Part shown: positions 36,491 through 52,700 of the stretch, piece by piece
Position numbering within the stretch: the stretch's first letter is position 1
How the letters are laid out: every line of letters starts with the position of its first letter
Source: Eledone cirrhosa
Lineage: Eukaryota
Assembly (NCBI GenBank): GCA_964016885.1
Contig: OZ024765.1
Location: 11,036,001-11,100,000 of the forward strand
Length of the DNA: 64,000 nt
Direction: 5' to 3'
Notes under the pieces: generated by a model
What the model saw: the letters and a program-made list of their open reading frames with translations, nothing else
Database searches by the model: none
Told to the model about the DNA's origin: nothing
Made by a program: the position numbers and the translations under genes

Positions 36491-36892
36491 AGCCAGGGGT
36501 CTGCATCTCTCTTCTATACAGCCCCATGTTCTATGGAGTGCATCAGCATAAGAGAGGTTGTCAATTCTTTGTTTGGTAAACTTTGAATGTCACCCTTACG
36601 GAGTCAATAATTTAATGTACCAGTAATTTACTGGGGTTGATTCAATCAACTTTGAATGTCATCCTTATGGAGTCAATAAAATAAAGTACCAGTAATGTAC
36701 TGCGATTGATTAACAACAGAAATTGTAATATTGGGGAATTTGTGGTGTAGGAATTTTTCACGTTTGTTATTTTTGCTAAACCTTTTTTTACTTGACCCCC
36801 CCCCCGCCCCATTGTACTATCCTGCGCTGTCTTTAACGTTTTCTTAATGTGAACCTGATATGGCTAATAAAGAAATCATTATTATTATTATG

Positions 36893-37287
36893 GGGTGGCA
36901 GTATCAGTATGCTTTGAAGGATAGAGTTACGGCCATTTACGATCTGAGTTCAAATCCCACCGAGGTTAACTTTGCCTTTCATCCTTACGGGGGTCGATAA
37001 AATAAAGTACCAGTAATACACTGGGGTAATTGCTGGCCTTGTGCCAAAAGTAGAAACAATTATTGCTGTTATCATTCTTTGAGTCTCAGTCATTGATGTT
37101 ATGGATTGGCAGTATCGGTAGAGGGTTGGACGCCATGCTTTCCAGCATAGAATTACGTCCCTTTACGATCCGAGTTCAAATCCCACCGAGGTTGACTTTG
37201 CCTTTCATCCTTACGGGGTCGATAAAATAAAGTACCAGTAATGCACTGGGTAATTGCTGGCCTTGTGCCTAAAGTAGAAACAGTTAT
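36893..37287 (+). mobile_element. Two SINE family B copies
   Basis: 36893-37065 and 37103-37287. Confidence 0.85.
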
Positions 37288-37319
37288 TTAACTGGAAAGT
37301 TTGTTCAAATGAACATCAA

Positions 37320-37465
37320 GCCGCTACCTTCAGCCTCAGATATTCAGGATGTTTCGGAGGGTTCTTGCTGTTCCCAGCAAGCATGCCTTTTGAAGTGATC
37401 CAAAAAAGGGGGCTGGACTAATGTTTTTTTAACCAGCCTTGAAAATGCTTTGAGATAGTACCTAG
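37320..37465 (-). mobile_element. R4/Dong-type (RLE) LINE C-terminal fragment
   Basis: LGTISKHFQGWL...SLQKACLLGTARTLRNILNI*. Confidence 0.75.
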
Positions 37466-37631
37466 TCCTGTACCGTCCTGTGTTGTCCTTAATGTTATAC
37501 TTTAAGTCAACCCTTCTGGTTAATAAAGAAAGCGTTATTATTATTACGGGGTCGATAAAATAAAATACCAGTAATACACTGGGTTAATTGCTGGCCTTGT
37601 ACCAAGAGTAAAGACTATTATTATTATTATT

Positions 37632-37960
37632 TTGTTGAAAGATGGGTGAGAGAGGCAAGTATGGCCCGAGTGAATGGGCCTACTCTGAGTATGTGCCTGT
37701 AAATTAAAGGTGGAAAACTGGGAGAGGGCACTTGCCCTGGTGGCCAGGGTCACCGTGGCTTTTTTAATGGGCTTTCTCCATGATGGCCCTTGGAAGTCTC
37801 CCCGCTATTGGGGAATTTTTCATTGTTCCTTTTTTTTTTGTTACATCCTCTGTTTTTGTTTTTTTAACATGCAGAAATGCCCCTTTGTACCGTCCTGTAC
37901 TGTCCTTAATGTCTCACTTTGTGTAAACCCTTGTGGTTAATAAAGAAATTATTATTATTA
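37632..37960 (+). mobile_element. LINE 3' end (L1/Tx1-like, tentative)
   Basis: RWVREASMARVNGPTLSMCL* followed by a T-rich UTR, AATAAA and (ATT)n; partial copies at 36810-36890 and 37468-37545. Confidence 0.5.
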
Positions 37961-37973
37961 TAATCATTACCTA

Positions 37974-38312
37974 AGGCGGTGGATTGGCAGTATCGGTAGA
38001 GGGTGAGACACCATGCTTTGACGCACAGAGTTACGGCCCTTGCCATTCTGAGTTCAAATCCCGCCGAGGTTAACTTTGCCTTTCATCCTTACGGGGTCGA
38101 TAAAATAAAGTACCAGTAATGCACTGGGGGTAATTGCTGGCCTTGTGCCAAAAGTAGAAACAATTATTATCATTATCTACGATCTGAGTTCAAATCCCGC
38201 CGAGGTTGAATTTGCCTTTCATCCTTACAGGGGTCGATAAAATAGAGTACCAGTAATGTACTGGGGTAATTGCTGGCCTTGTGCCTAAAGTAGAAACAAT
38301 TATTATCATTAT
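37974..38312 (+). mobile_element. SINE family B plus a tandem partial copy
   Basis: Full copy 37974-38175; 3' part repeated at 38180-38312. Confidence 0.88.
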
Positions 38313-38645
38313 CTTATATATGATTGTGTTACTATATTTCCTTTATTGCAATCTATTTTCGTTCTGAATTCCATTTGGTCGTTTTTTTTCCCTCGCCCAC
38401 CACCCCTCTCCTTCTTTAGTTGTTGTTGTTGTTGTTGTAGTTGATATTTTTAGACTTATCTCTATGTGTCATCGACTTATCCGACTTTCTAATAAATATC
38501 CAAACATCCCAATCTACTGATATCCAGCTATCCGAGGATATTGGAAAATTCTTCCGATATCACAGCATGACCCATATTTTTATAAGCAAATTTAGCCATG
38601 CTTTCATATTGTGTATGTGTGTGTGTGTATGTGTGTGTATTTATA

Positions 38646-38680
<35 letters not shown>

Positions 38681-38766
38681 ATATATACATAATATATCTC
38701 TCTTTGTGTATGTATGTATTTATTTTTGTACATACATGTATATATACATATATACATATATGTATA

Positions 38767-38832
<66 letters not shown>

Positions 38833-39332
38833 TATATATATATAAATAAATATATATATATATATATGTACATATATATAGATATAAATAAATATATATA
38901 TATACATATGTATATATGTATATATACATGTATGTACAAATATAAATACATATATATATATATATATGAAATATATCTGCTTGCGTGTGTGTGTATATAT
39001 ATAAATATATACATACACACACACATATATATATATATAAATACATACATATATAAATATATACATACATATATAAATATATAGATACATATATATTATA
39101 TATATATATATAGTAATAATAATAAATGTGAAGACTAAAATCCAAAGAGGGCTCGATAAGGATAAATATATATCAAATATATAAGAACGCTAGAGCAAAT
39201 ATTTATTAAAATAACAGGTTAAAGTTTAAGCAAAGAATCGCTGCTTTCACCCTTAGATAGATAGGTAGAGGGCATAGAGATAGATAAATAACAGCTATAA
39301 TATACACAATATATATATACATATATATATAT

Positions 39333-39361
<29 letters not shown>

Positions 39362-39363
<2 letters not shown>

Positions 39364-40140
39364 ACTTTGAATAACTTTGAAATGTTTTGGCCAGTATTGG
39401 CCCAGGCCATGTCTAACTTAATAGCACCACCTGGCGAAGTCTTTCAATTCAGGATTTGGGCACCATGGCCCATTCGAGAAGAGAATTACTGTTTGCGGAG
39501 ACATATCCGGGTGTGGGTGGTTTGTCCGGGATTACTTGGAGGAATTTGTCCAAAGACTTCTTGAATTTTGTGTGGTCAGTTTCTGTTTTGACGTGTCCTG
39601 GTGTGATGTTGAAGAGAGCAGGGCCGATTGAGGTGAAATAATTGTGCCGTATTGTTGTTATGAGTTGCGATTTAGATTTTTGAATGGGACGGATAGCACG
39701 GGGCCCAAGCCTTGGGTGTATCTTGAAGGCGATGCCAACATCATTTGGGCAGTGATGAATGAACATTTTCCACATCATGCAGATAATATAACGCTCACGG
39801 CGACGTTGGAGTGAGTAAAGTTTCAGGTTTTCCAATCGACCCCAGTAGTCAAGGTCTGACATGCCATCTATCTTTTTCGTGATTGCCCTTTGAGGAGCTT
39901 CAAGTTTCATGATACTTTGTTTCGTGTGGGGAGACCACAGTGGACAACAGTATTCAAGGTGTGGTCGGGCGAAAGTAGAGAAGAGAAGGATAATGGTGCG
40001 GGAATCTCTCGACTGGAAGGTTCTGAGGATCCAGGAACACATTCTGCGGGCCATGTCAACTTTGCTGCTTATATGCGTGGTCCAGCTTATGTTGCTGTCC
40101 ACGGTTACTCCCAAGTCTCTGATGTTGTTAGATGCCACGA
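39362..40140 (-). mobile_element. 5'-truncated CR1-clade LINE with uninterrupted ORF2 C-terminus
   Basis: IRDLGVTVDSNISWTTHI...RPHLEYCCPLWSPH...LEAPQRAITKKI...LYSLQRRRERY; stop at 39449; short 3' UTR with (TCAAAGTTAT) tail; 3'-end copy at 24516-24575. Confidence 0.9.
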
Positions 40141-40183
40141 GATATATATATATATATTTATATATACACACATATATATATAT

Positions 40184-40383
40184 ATAGGAAAAAGTATGAC
40201 CCCGACAGCAGAGCTCTAGCCGTTTCAACGGCTATTTCTGGAGTCCAGAAATAGCCGTCGAAACGGCTAGAGCTCTGCCATCGGGGTCATACCTTTTCCT
40301 ATTACCCACTCTGCTACCCTAAGTATTGAGTACTCTGGTGCGTTATGGTCCATCTGGTTCCTTACCACAATTTCTTTGTTATA
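40184..40383. mobile_element. Family C fold-back element
   Basis: Hairpin at 40184-40302 plus tail. Confidence 0.7.
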
Positions 40384-40399
40384 TTTTTTTCATCATTTT

Positions 40400-40733
40400 T
40401 CATCATTTCATTTTACGTCCGCTTTTTCCCTGCTTGCAAGGGTGGGACGGGAACTGATTCTGGCTTGATTTCTACAGCTGGATGCCCTTCCTAACACCAA
40501 CCTCATTTACAGTGAGTGCTGGGTGCTTTTTTGCCGTGGCACCTACACAACCACTTTGCAGTGGAATGATAGGGACCCCAGTCCTATCTTCTCATTTCTA
40601 CAGCTGAGTAAACTGGAGCAATGTGAAATAAAGTGTCTTGCTCAAGGAAACAACACATCACCCGGTCTGAGAATTGAACTCACAACCTTTCGATTGCAAG
40701 GCCAATGCTCTAACCACTAAGCCATGTACCTCC
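40400..40733 (-). mobile_element. SINE family A, full length
   Basis: Matches 13331-13677. Confidence 0.9.
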
Positions 40734-41212
40734 ATAAACAACACATCACCTGGTCTGAGAATTGATATATATATATATATATATATATACAGATATATAC
40801 ATATATATATATACAGATACATATATATATATACAGATACATACATAAATATATATATATATATATACACATACATACACATACATATATATACATACAT
40901 ACATACATACATATATATATATAGATCTATATATATCTGCCTATAGTTTTGTATGCAATCGTCCACCCACCCAGCACCCTGCAAAAGAGACTACACTACG
41001 ATATACACACTTACAGCGGAAATATCTACCTAGTCAATTAGGATATGTATCTGTGCATCTGTATATGCATGTGTGTGCATGTGCGTGTGCATGTGTTTTG
41101 CAGTCGTTATCACCATAATTAGTGTGACATTGATTGAATTATTAATCTCATCTTCAGTATATTCCTGTCTGCATTCAGATTTTATAGCATTCTAATTGAA
41201 TGTATCTGCCAA

Positions 41213-42990
41213 CACCAGCACTACTACAACCACCACCACTGGCACCACCACTACTACAACCACCACCACCACCAGCACCACCACTACCACCACCACCACC
41301 ACCACCACCATTACCACCGCTACCACCACCACTACCACCACCATCACCATCACTACTACTACCACCACCACCATTACCACTGGCACCACCGCTACCACCA
41401 ACACCACCAGCACCATCACCATTACCACTGGCACCACCGCTACCACCACCACCACCATTACCACTGGCACCACCACTACCACCAACACCACCAGCACCAT
41501 CACCATCACTACTACAACCACCACCAGCACCATCACCATCACAACCACCACCATCACCATCACTACTACAACCACCACCACCAACACCATCTCCATCACT
41601 ACTACAACCTTTACCACTGGCACCACCACTACCACCAACACCACCAGCACCATCACCATCACTACTACAACCACCACCAGCACCATCACCATCACAACCA
41701 CCACCATCACCATCACTACTACAACCACCACCACCAACACCATCTCCATCACTACTACAACCTTTACCACTGGCACCACCACTACCACCAACACCACCAT
41801 CACTACTACAACCACCACTACCACCACCAGCACCATCACTACTACAACCACCACCACCAGCACCATCACCACCACCACCTTTACCACTGGCACCACCACT
41901 ACCACCAACACCACCAGCACCATCACCATCACTACTACAACCACCACCAGCACCATCACCATCACAACCACCACCATCACCATCACTACTACAACCACCA
42001 CCACCAACACCATCTCCATCACTACTACAACCTTTACCACTGGCACCACCACTACCACCAACACCACCATCACTACTACAACCACCACTACCACCACCAG
42101 CACCATCACTACTACAACCACCACCACCAGCACCATCACCACCACCACCTTTACCACTGGCACCACCACTACCACCAACACCACCAGCACCATCACTACT
42201 ACCACCACCACCACCACCATCACTACTATCACCATTACCTCCACCACCATCACCATCCCTACCACTAAAACACCACCTCCACCACTACCCACACCTCTAC
42301 CACCACCACATCACCTCCACCAACACCACCACCACCTCCACTACCACCGCTACCATCACCACCTCCACAAACAACACCACCATCACCACCTCCACTACCG
42401 CTACCACCACTACCTCCACTGCTACCATCACCACCTCCACCAACACCACCACCTCCACCAACACCACCACCACCGCCACTACCATCACCACCTCCACCAC
42501 TACTAAAACCACCACCTCTACCATTACCATCACCACTACCACTATTATCACCACTACCTCCACATCCACCACTAAAACTGCTACCCTCACCACCACCAGT
42601 ACCATCAATCCCTCCACCACCACCACCGGTACCCTCACCACCACCACCACCACTAAAACCACTACCCTCACCACCACCACCACCACTGCTGCTACCCTCA
42701 CCACCACCGCTACCCTCACCACCACTAAAACCACTACCCTCACCACCACCACCACTGCTACCCTCACCACCACTAAAACCACTACCCTCACCACCACCGC
42801 TACCCTCACCACCACCACCACTGCTACCCTCACCACCACTAAAACCACTACCCTCACCACCACCGCTACCCTCACCACCACTAAAACCACTACCCTCACC
42901 ACCACCACCGCTACCCTCACCACCACCACCACTAAAACCGCTACCCTCACCACCACCACCACCACGTCCATCACCGATACCCTCACCACC
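41213..42990. repeat. (ACC/ACT/ATC)n compound trinucleotide array with higher-order duplications
   Basis: Directly visible; produces poly-T/P/V pseudo-ORFs. Confidence 0.92.
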
Positions 42991-43094
42991 ACAACTTCCT
43001 CTTCCTCCCTCCATCATCCGGCCATCTCATCGGATGCCAGAATTCTTTGCGAGAATCTCAACACAATGCTTGCCAACATAGACATCTCATTGCT

Positions 43095-43153
<59 letters not shown>

Positions 43154-44334
43154 TGTTGTTGTTGTTTAACTATAACCCTTTTGATACCAAACCTGCCTTA
43201 AGCCACCCCAGGTTCTAGGATACTAGACAATTTATTTTCATCCTTTTATTACCATATCTTCTAATGAAACACACTGCCTATAATTTCCAAATAAGTTTGG
43301 AAATAATCAAGGATTTAGTTATGTAACTACTGATTATTTAGTTTGTGTTTGGAATATGTGTTGTTGTTGCTGTCACTGTTGTTGTTGTAGTTTAGTCATT
43401 CCCAAACCTATCACTACCAAGGAGTCTATTTAGTTAAGTCTTTTGTTACCATATTTCTAATGAAATATGTTACCATATTTCTAATATTGCGGTCATTGTT
43501 ATTCGGTTTGTTGTTGTTGGTGTTGTTCCTGTTGTTGTTGGTGTTGTTCCTGTTGTTGTTGTTATTGTTGTAGCTTAGTCATTCCCAAACCTATCACTAC
43601 CAAGGAGTCTATTTTAGTTAAGTCTTTTGTTACCATATTTCTAATGAAACATCCTGTCTTTCATATTCAAATAGTTTTGAAAATAATCAAGAATTTTTCA
43701 TTAAGTTGGTGTTTGAAACATAACAAAAGTTCTTACATAAAATTATGTTGGTTTTTAGATAAATATAAACGTATTCGTTCTTATTATTTCTAATCAGAAA
43801 CATTTCTTTTTATCTTCAAATAATTTTGAAAATTAATCAAGAATTTGCAGAGATTTAGTGAATAAATTAACTTTCTCATTATTAAGCTGATATTTGGAAC
43901 ATAACATAACATAACATAAATATTCTTAAATAAAATTATGATGGAAGGTTTTAGATGCCTAAACTGTAAAGTGGTTGTGTAGCTGTCACGATAAAAAGCA
44001 TTCAGCCCACACTGTGGATGTAGTTGGCATTAGGAAGAGAATCCAGCTGTAGAAAAACCAAGCCTGAAACAGTTCCATAGTCACTTGATGCAGTCACATG
44101 ACCCAACTTACCTCAAATGGGACAACCCATACAGACCATGGCCAAGTAAGAAGAGTAAGTAGAACCCCAGCAGCACAAAAAAAAAACAAAAAAAAAACAA
44201 AACAAAAAAACAAAACAAAAAAAACAAAACAAAACAAGAGCTGTTAAAAGGGAGGACGACCTCCAGAGTCAACAGCCACCCACCCCAACTTGCAATAGGC
44301 CAAGTGTGGTGAGTTTAGCTACATCCCTGAAGAT

Positions 44335-45335
44335 GGTGATGGTGGTGATGATGGTGGAGATGATGATGGTGGAGATGATGATGGTGGTGATGATGATGGT
44401 GGTGGTGATGATGATGGTGGTGGTGGTGGTGGTGGTGGTGATGGTGGTGATGGTGGTGGTGATGATGATGGTGGTGGTGATGATGATGGTGGTGATGATG
44501 ATGGTGGTGGTGGTGGTGGTGGTGGTGATGGTGGTGATGGTGGTGATGATGATGGTGATGGTGGTGATGATGGTGGTGGTGGTGATGGTGGTGGTGATGG
44601 TAGTGGTGGTGATGGTGGTGGTGATGGTGGTGGTGGTGGTGATGGTGGTGGTGATGATGGTGGTGGTGGTGATGGTGGTGGTGGTGGTGGTGATGGTGGT
44701 GGTGATGATGATGGTGGTGGTGATGATGATGGTGGTGATGATGGTGGTGGTGGTGGTGGTGATGGTGATGGTGGTGATGGTGGTGATGATGATGGTGATG
44801 GTGGTGATGATGGTGGTGGTGGTGATGGTGGTGGTGATGGTGGTGGTGGTGATGGTGGTGGTGATGGTGATGGTGGTGGTGGTGATGGTGGTGGTGATGG
44901 TGGTGGTGGTGGTGATGGTGGTGGTGATGATGGTGGTGGTGGTGATGGTGGTGGTGGTGGTGGTGGTGGTGATGGTGGTGGTGGTGGTGGTGGTGGTGAT
45001 GGTGGTGATGATGATGGTGGTGGTGGTGGTGATGATGGTGGTGGTGATGATGGTGGTGGTGATGATGATGGTGGTGGTGGTGGTGGTGATGGTGATGGTG
45101 GTGATGGCAATGATGATGGTGAAGAAAATGATGGTGGTGGTGGTGGCGATGATGGTGGTGAAGATGATGACGGTGGTGATGATGATGAGGATGGCGTTGG
45201 TGATGATGGTGGTGGTGATGATGAAGGTGATGGTGATGATGGTGACAATGGTGGTGATGGTGATGATGCTGCTGGTGCTGATGATGATGATGATGATGAT
45301 GATGAAGGTGCAGCTGATGACTATGATGATGGTGA
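44335..45335. repeat. (GGT/GAT)n compound trinucleotide array
   Basis: Directly visible in the sequence. Confidence 0.92.
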
Positions 45336-45579
45336 TGAGTTTATTTTGTATTTAAACTGGAGAACTAGGGGTTAGAATTTTGTTTTTTCATTAATTTCAC
45401 GAGCTATTAATTACATTTCTCTAACGAGTTTGACCTGTGATCATTGTCTGAAGTCAAAATAACAGCTTAATTATCACCATATTCTATTCTGTGTGATTTC
45501 ATTAGGACTAATTAGTAGATATAAAACACCAGAAGATTATTGCTCATCGGGCATCTTTCTATCTATCGTTCTATGATAC

Positions 45580-46345
45580 GATAAAATGCACCAAGTACAC
45601 TCTGTAAACTGGTTGGTGATAGGAAGGTCATCCAGCCATAGAAAGCTTGCTAAACAAAGGATTGAGAAGATTTGTCATTTGTGTCAAAGGCATGACAACT
45701 AACCGTGGTTGGTGATATAAAGGTCATCCAGCCATAGAAAGCTTGCTAAACAAAGGATTGAGAAGATTTGTCATTTGTGTCAAGGGCATGACAACTAACC
45801 TAGAGCTAGTGCCATGATAAAATGCACCAAGTGCACTCTGTAAAGTGGTTGCTGATAGGAAGGTCATCCAGCCATAGAAAGCTTGCTAAACAAAGAATTG
45901 AGAAGATTTGTCATTTGTGTCAAGGGCATGACAACTAACCTAGAGCTAGTGCCATGATAAAATGCACCAAGTACACTCTGTAAAGTGGTTGGTGATATGA
46001 AGGTCATCCAGCCATAGAAAGCTTGCTAAACATAGGATTGAGAAGATGTTTCAGTTGTGTCAAGGGCATGACAACTAACCTAGAGCTAGTGCCATGATAA
46101 AATGCACCAAGTACACTCTGTAAAGTGGTTGGTGATATGAAGGTCATCCAGCCATAGAAAGCTTGCTAAACATAGGATTGAGAAGATGTTTCAGTTGTGT
46201 CAAGGGCATGACAACTAACCTAGAGCTAGTGCCATGATAAAATGCACCAAGTACACTCTGTAAAGTGGTTGCTGATAATAGGGGATCCAACCATAGAAAG
46301 CTTGCTAAACAAAAGATTGAGAAGATTTGTCATTTGTGTCAAGAA
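45580..46345. repeat. 140-bp tandem repeat, ~5.5 copies, containing the RTE/SINE tail motif
   Basis: aatgcaccaa at 45821, 45961, 46101 and 46241; contains tgtaaagtggttggtgataggaaggtcatccagccatagaaa. Confidence 0.9.
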
Positions 46346-46357
46346 TATCTTGCTTAA

Positions 46358-47038
46358 CCTTTTAGCATTTACATTACTCCATATTTACTATTGTATTTTC
46401 ATGGTAAAGGCTTTATCTCACATAATATTGAATCTATGAGATTTTAATATTATTTATTTTGGGAACATTACCCTAATCTCAGTATTAGTGGCCAGTAACA
46501 GCCAGTTTGAACAGAAAGAGGTGAGAAAATTCTGGCTGGATATGGTCGGTTTAAATGCTAAAAGGTTTATGTGATGCAGTCATAGTGTTGTTTGGTACTT
46601 TAGGAGAATGTCTTACTAATGTGGTTTAACCCTTTAGCATTTAAACCGGCTGTATCCGGCCAGAATTCTCTCACCTCTTCTGTTCAAACTGACTGTAACC
46701 AACCGCTCATACTGATATTATGGTATTGTTCTCAAAATAAATAATACCAAATCTCATAGATTCAATATTCTGTGAAATAATTATGTGAGGTAAAGCCTTT
46801 ACGGTGATAATATAATTGTTTCTGCTTTTGGCACAAGGCCAGCAATTACCCAGTACATTACTGGTACTTTATTTTATCGACCCTGTAAGGATGAAAGGCA
46901 AAGTTGACCTCGGCGGGATTTGAACTCAGAATGGAAAGGGCCGTAACTCTATGCGTCAAATCATGACGTCCGACCCTCTACCGATACTGCCAATTGATAA
47001 TATAATGGTATATTTAGAGTAATGTAAATGTTAAAGGA
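46358..47038. mobile_element. Two inverted piggyBac-like MITEs, the second interrupted by a minus-strand SINE B (46815-46994)
   Basis: 46358-46565 and 46630-47038; TTAA at three of the four ends. Confidence 0.75.
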
Positions 47039-47044
47039 TTAATT

Positions 47045-47460
47045 TTGAAGAATATCTTAATGTGGTTTAAGGTGAAGTAGTCTTAGTGTTGTCTAGTTAT
47101 TTTAAAAATATCTTTATAATATGGTTTAAGGTGTTACCATATTAGTGTTGTTTTGTACTTTTCCAGAATAGCTTGATAATATGATTTAAGGTAAAGCAGT
47201 CTTAGTGTTGTTTAGTAATTTTCAAGACTATCTTGCTAATGTAGTTTAAAGTGATGCAGTCATAGTGTTGTTTAGTAATTTTCAAGAGTGTTTTGCTTAA
47301 GGTGAAGCAGTCTTAGTGTTGTTTTGTACTTTTCAAGAATATCTTGATAATGTGCTTTAAGGTGAAGCAGCCAAAGTATGGTTTTGTACTTTTCAAGAAT
47401 ATTTTGCTAATATGCTTTAAGGTGATTCAGTATTAGTGTTGTTTGGTATTTCTCAAGACT
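47045..47460. repeat. Degenerate ~60-bp tandem repeat
   Basis: ttaaggtgaagcagtcttagtgttgttt...ttttcaagaatatcttg recurs ~7 times. Confidence 0.75.
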
Positions 47461-47949
47461 ATTATCCTTGTTTCTTGTTGAACAGAGCATTAAGTGTTAA
47501 TTAGCAAACACAAATTCAGGCACCTATCCATTATTTATTTAACATTTGTTTGTTTACTTTTTCGTTTTTTTCTATCTCTCTTCATTTTCTTTTGTATCCA
47601 CAAGACAGTTTATATCTTTATATATATATATATATATATATAGTTTTATTTTATCAGCCTTTTCACATTTTAATCTTTGATGTACTCTGCCAATTTCTGA
47701 CATCATTTGAAAAATTGGTGTCCCTACCTACCAGGTTTCGACAGGAACAATGTTTATTTAAATAAAATTCTTCTGTTATTTGTGAGGAGACCATCAGAAC
47801 GAAACTAGACAGACTTAATCAAGTTATTTTGTATTAGCTGTCATTTCTTTCGTTATCACACATTACTTTTATACTAAGTACTCTATAAATTGGCAGCTTA
47901 TTTGTACAATTGTGTAAATATGTTACTACCAGTAATATGTATGCATGTA

Positions 47950-50464
<2,515 letters not shown>

Positions 50465-50503
50465 AATTACACAATAATCAAAGCTATGTTCAAAACATTT
50501 TAA

Positions 50504-50550
50504 TGCTGACAATCGTTTCTTCCAAACTTTCGTTTGGAGTCATCAGAGCA
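50504..50550 (-). ncRNA. Type I hammerhead ribozyme
   Basis: TGCT-CTGATGA-C-TCCAAAC(GAAA)GTTTGGA-A-GAAAC-GATT-GTC-AGCA. Stem I TGCT/AGCA, 7-bp stem II with GNRA loop, GUC site. Confidence 0.85.
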
Positions 50551-50673
50551 GTAGCAATGTTGGTACATATATTTAACCTCCTATTAATGTAGTAATAAAT
50601 TACTGACCTTTCCTATTTATACATACATATGCATATAAACATATATATAGATACACACACATTGATATACATA

Positions 50674-50719
<46 letters not shown>

Positions 50720-51119
50720 TATATAAATACATTATCGGAGAAAGCTAATAGCTACACTCCGGCCAAATGCCAACTCACTCAACAAACATTGGGAAATAAG
50801 TGAGTATATTCCCAATTAAACGTTTGGGGTGCTAACTAATTGTATTGTGTGGAAAATTGGCTGTATCATTTCATATGAGATATATCAAATATTCAGTGTG
50901 GTCTGCCCTTGGTGGTAGGGTCTGTACTGTAGATAGAACTCAATGTAATCCAATGGTGAGTAATCCAGTGAAATCCATAGGAAGGTTCCGTGTTCCGCTG
51001 AGTTAATTCCTTAGATACAGAGTCAAATATTAGGTATTAATTTAACAATGAAAATAATAAAAAAGTTAAGTGTACAGGAGAGGGGACTGAGGTGGTATGG
51101 ACATGTGATACGCATATCA

Positions 51120-51160
<41 letters not shown>

Positions 51161-52254
51161 TATATATATATATAGATATATATACACACAGGTTGAACAA
51201 TGAAAACAAAAAAAGGAGAGGTCTACGATCGTTTCAAAAGGGCGAAATGAACCATAAAAAAATCAATAAAACTAGTAATCAATATCTGTTACGTAACTTC
51301 ATATTATCAGTCCTGATATAATAGATTGATGTCAACATTTCCATCAATATATCAATATTGCAGTTTATTGAACCTTTCCAATCGATTGTAAAACAATGAC
51401 CTAGATAAGTACTAAACCACGGCTTTTTGTTTTCATTGTTCAACCTATATATGTATACAAATATATGCACACATACACATAGACATGTATATATGACTAT
51501 ATATATATATATACAAATATATACACACATACACATAGACATATATAAATGAATATATATATATATATGAATATATATATATATATATACAAATATATGC
51601 ACACATACACATAGACATATATATATGAATATATATATATATATACAAATATATACACACATACACATAGACATATATATATATGAATATATATATATAT
51701 ATATACAAATATATGCACACATACACATAGACATACATATATGAATATATATATATATATATATATACAAATATATACACACATACACATAGACATATAT
51801 ATACAAATATGCACACACACACACACACACACAGACATGTATAGTAGTTTCAGCGCTGCATACTTTATAATGTATACATATTTATATATATATATAACAA
51901 AGGAATTGTGTTAAGGAACCAGATGGACGATAACGCACCAAAGTACTCAATACTTAGGGTAGTAGAGTGGGTAATAGGAAAAAGTATGACCCCGACGGCA
52001 GAGCTCAAGCCGTCGGGGTCATACTTTCATTTAATAAAAACATCAATACATGTAAACAAAACTTCATCATTATTTCTGATGATATATATAATAGTAGTAT
52101 TAATATTATAATATAGTTATAATTATAATATTAATAGTAGTAGTTATACTAATTTACCGGGTGTTTTATAGCTCAACACTGTTATACATTAATAGTTTGA
52201 ATGCTTTAACTCTTTGGTGTTATTTAAACTAATAATGTATATATATATATATAT

Positions 52255-52536
52255 ATGCAACGGCTGGAGAGAAATGAAGCAAGCATGCTCTGTTGGATGC
52301 GCAATGTCAATGTGCGTGAATGACCAAGCACAGACGAGTTGAGAGAGAAACTGTGTATAAGAGAGGTGTGGTGTGCAGGAGAGAGAAGACTGAGATGGTA
52401 TGGACATGTGATGTGCATGGATGATGACCGCTGGGTAAAGAAGTGTCAAGAAATCCCAGTAGAAGGAAGTCTCTGTAGAGGAAGACCACGAAAAGGACTG
52501 TGACAAGTGGAGAAATGCTGTGCTGAATAGGACCCG

Positions 52537-52540
<4 letters not shown>
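52255..52540 (+). mobile_element. RTE ORF C-terminal fragment
   Basis: MQRLERNEASMLCWMRNV...STDELREKL...RLRWYGHVMCMDDDRWVKKC...RGRPRK. Confidence 0.8.
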
Positions 52541-52595
<55 letters not shown>

Positions 52596-52645
52596 GAGGT
52601 TATATTTAATTTGTTGGGATTCAACAAGCTTAAAAATTCAACAAG

Positions 52646-52700
52646 CTGATGAAAGCGCACCATAATTTGCGTTGGTGGCCCTTGAAATATATATAATAAA
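52646..52700 (+). ncRNA. Hammerhead core (family D) lacking the 5' strand of stem I
   Basis: CTGATGA-AAGCGCACCA...TGGTGGCCCTT-GAAA-TATAT-ATA. Upstream sequence is an inverted piece of the same element's tail. Confidence 0.55.

Noticed and set aside
43000-43095. Possible minus-strand exon after ctacag
   Set aside because: Stops in all three frames before any donor.
41192-45355. Mucin-, extensin- or Gly-rich long ORFs
   Set aside because: Trinucleotide arrays open in several frames on both strands, with no splice or domain support.
47779-47815. GTGAGGA...GAAACTAGAC hammerhead-like remnant
   Set aside because: Core, stem II and cleavage triplet are all altered; too decayed to call.
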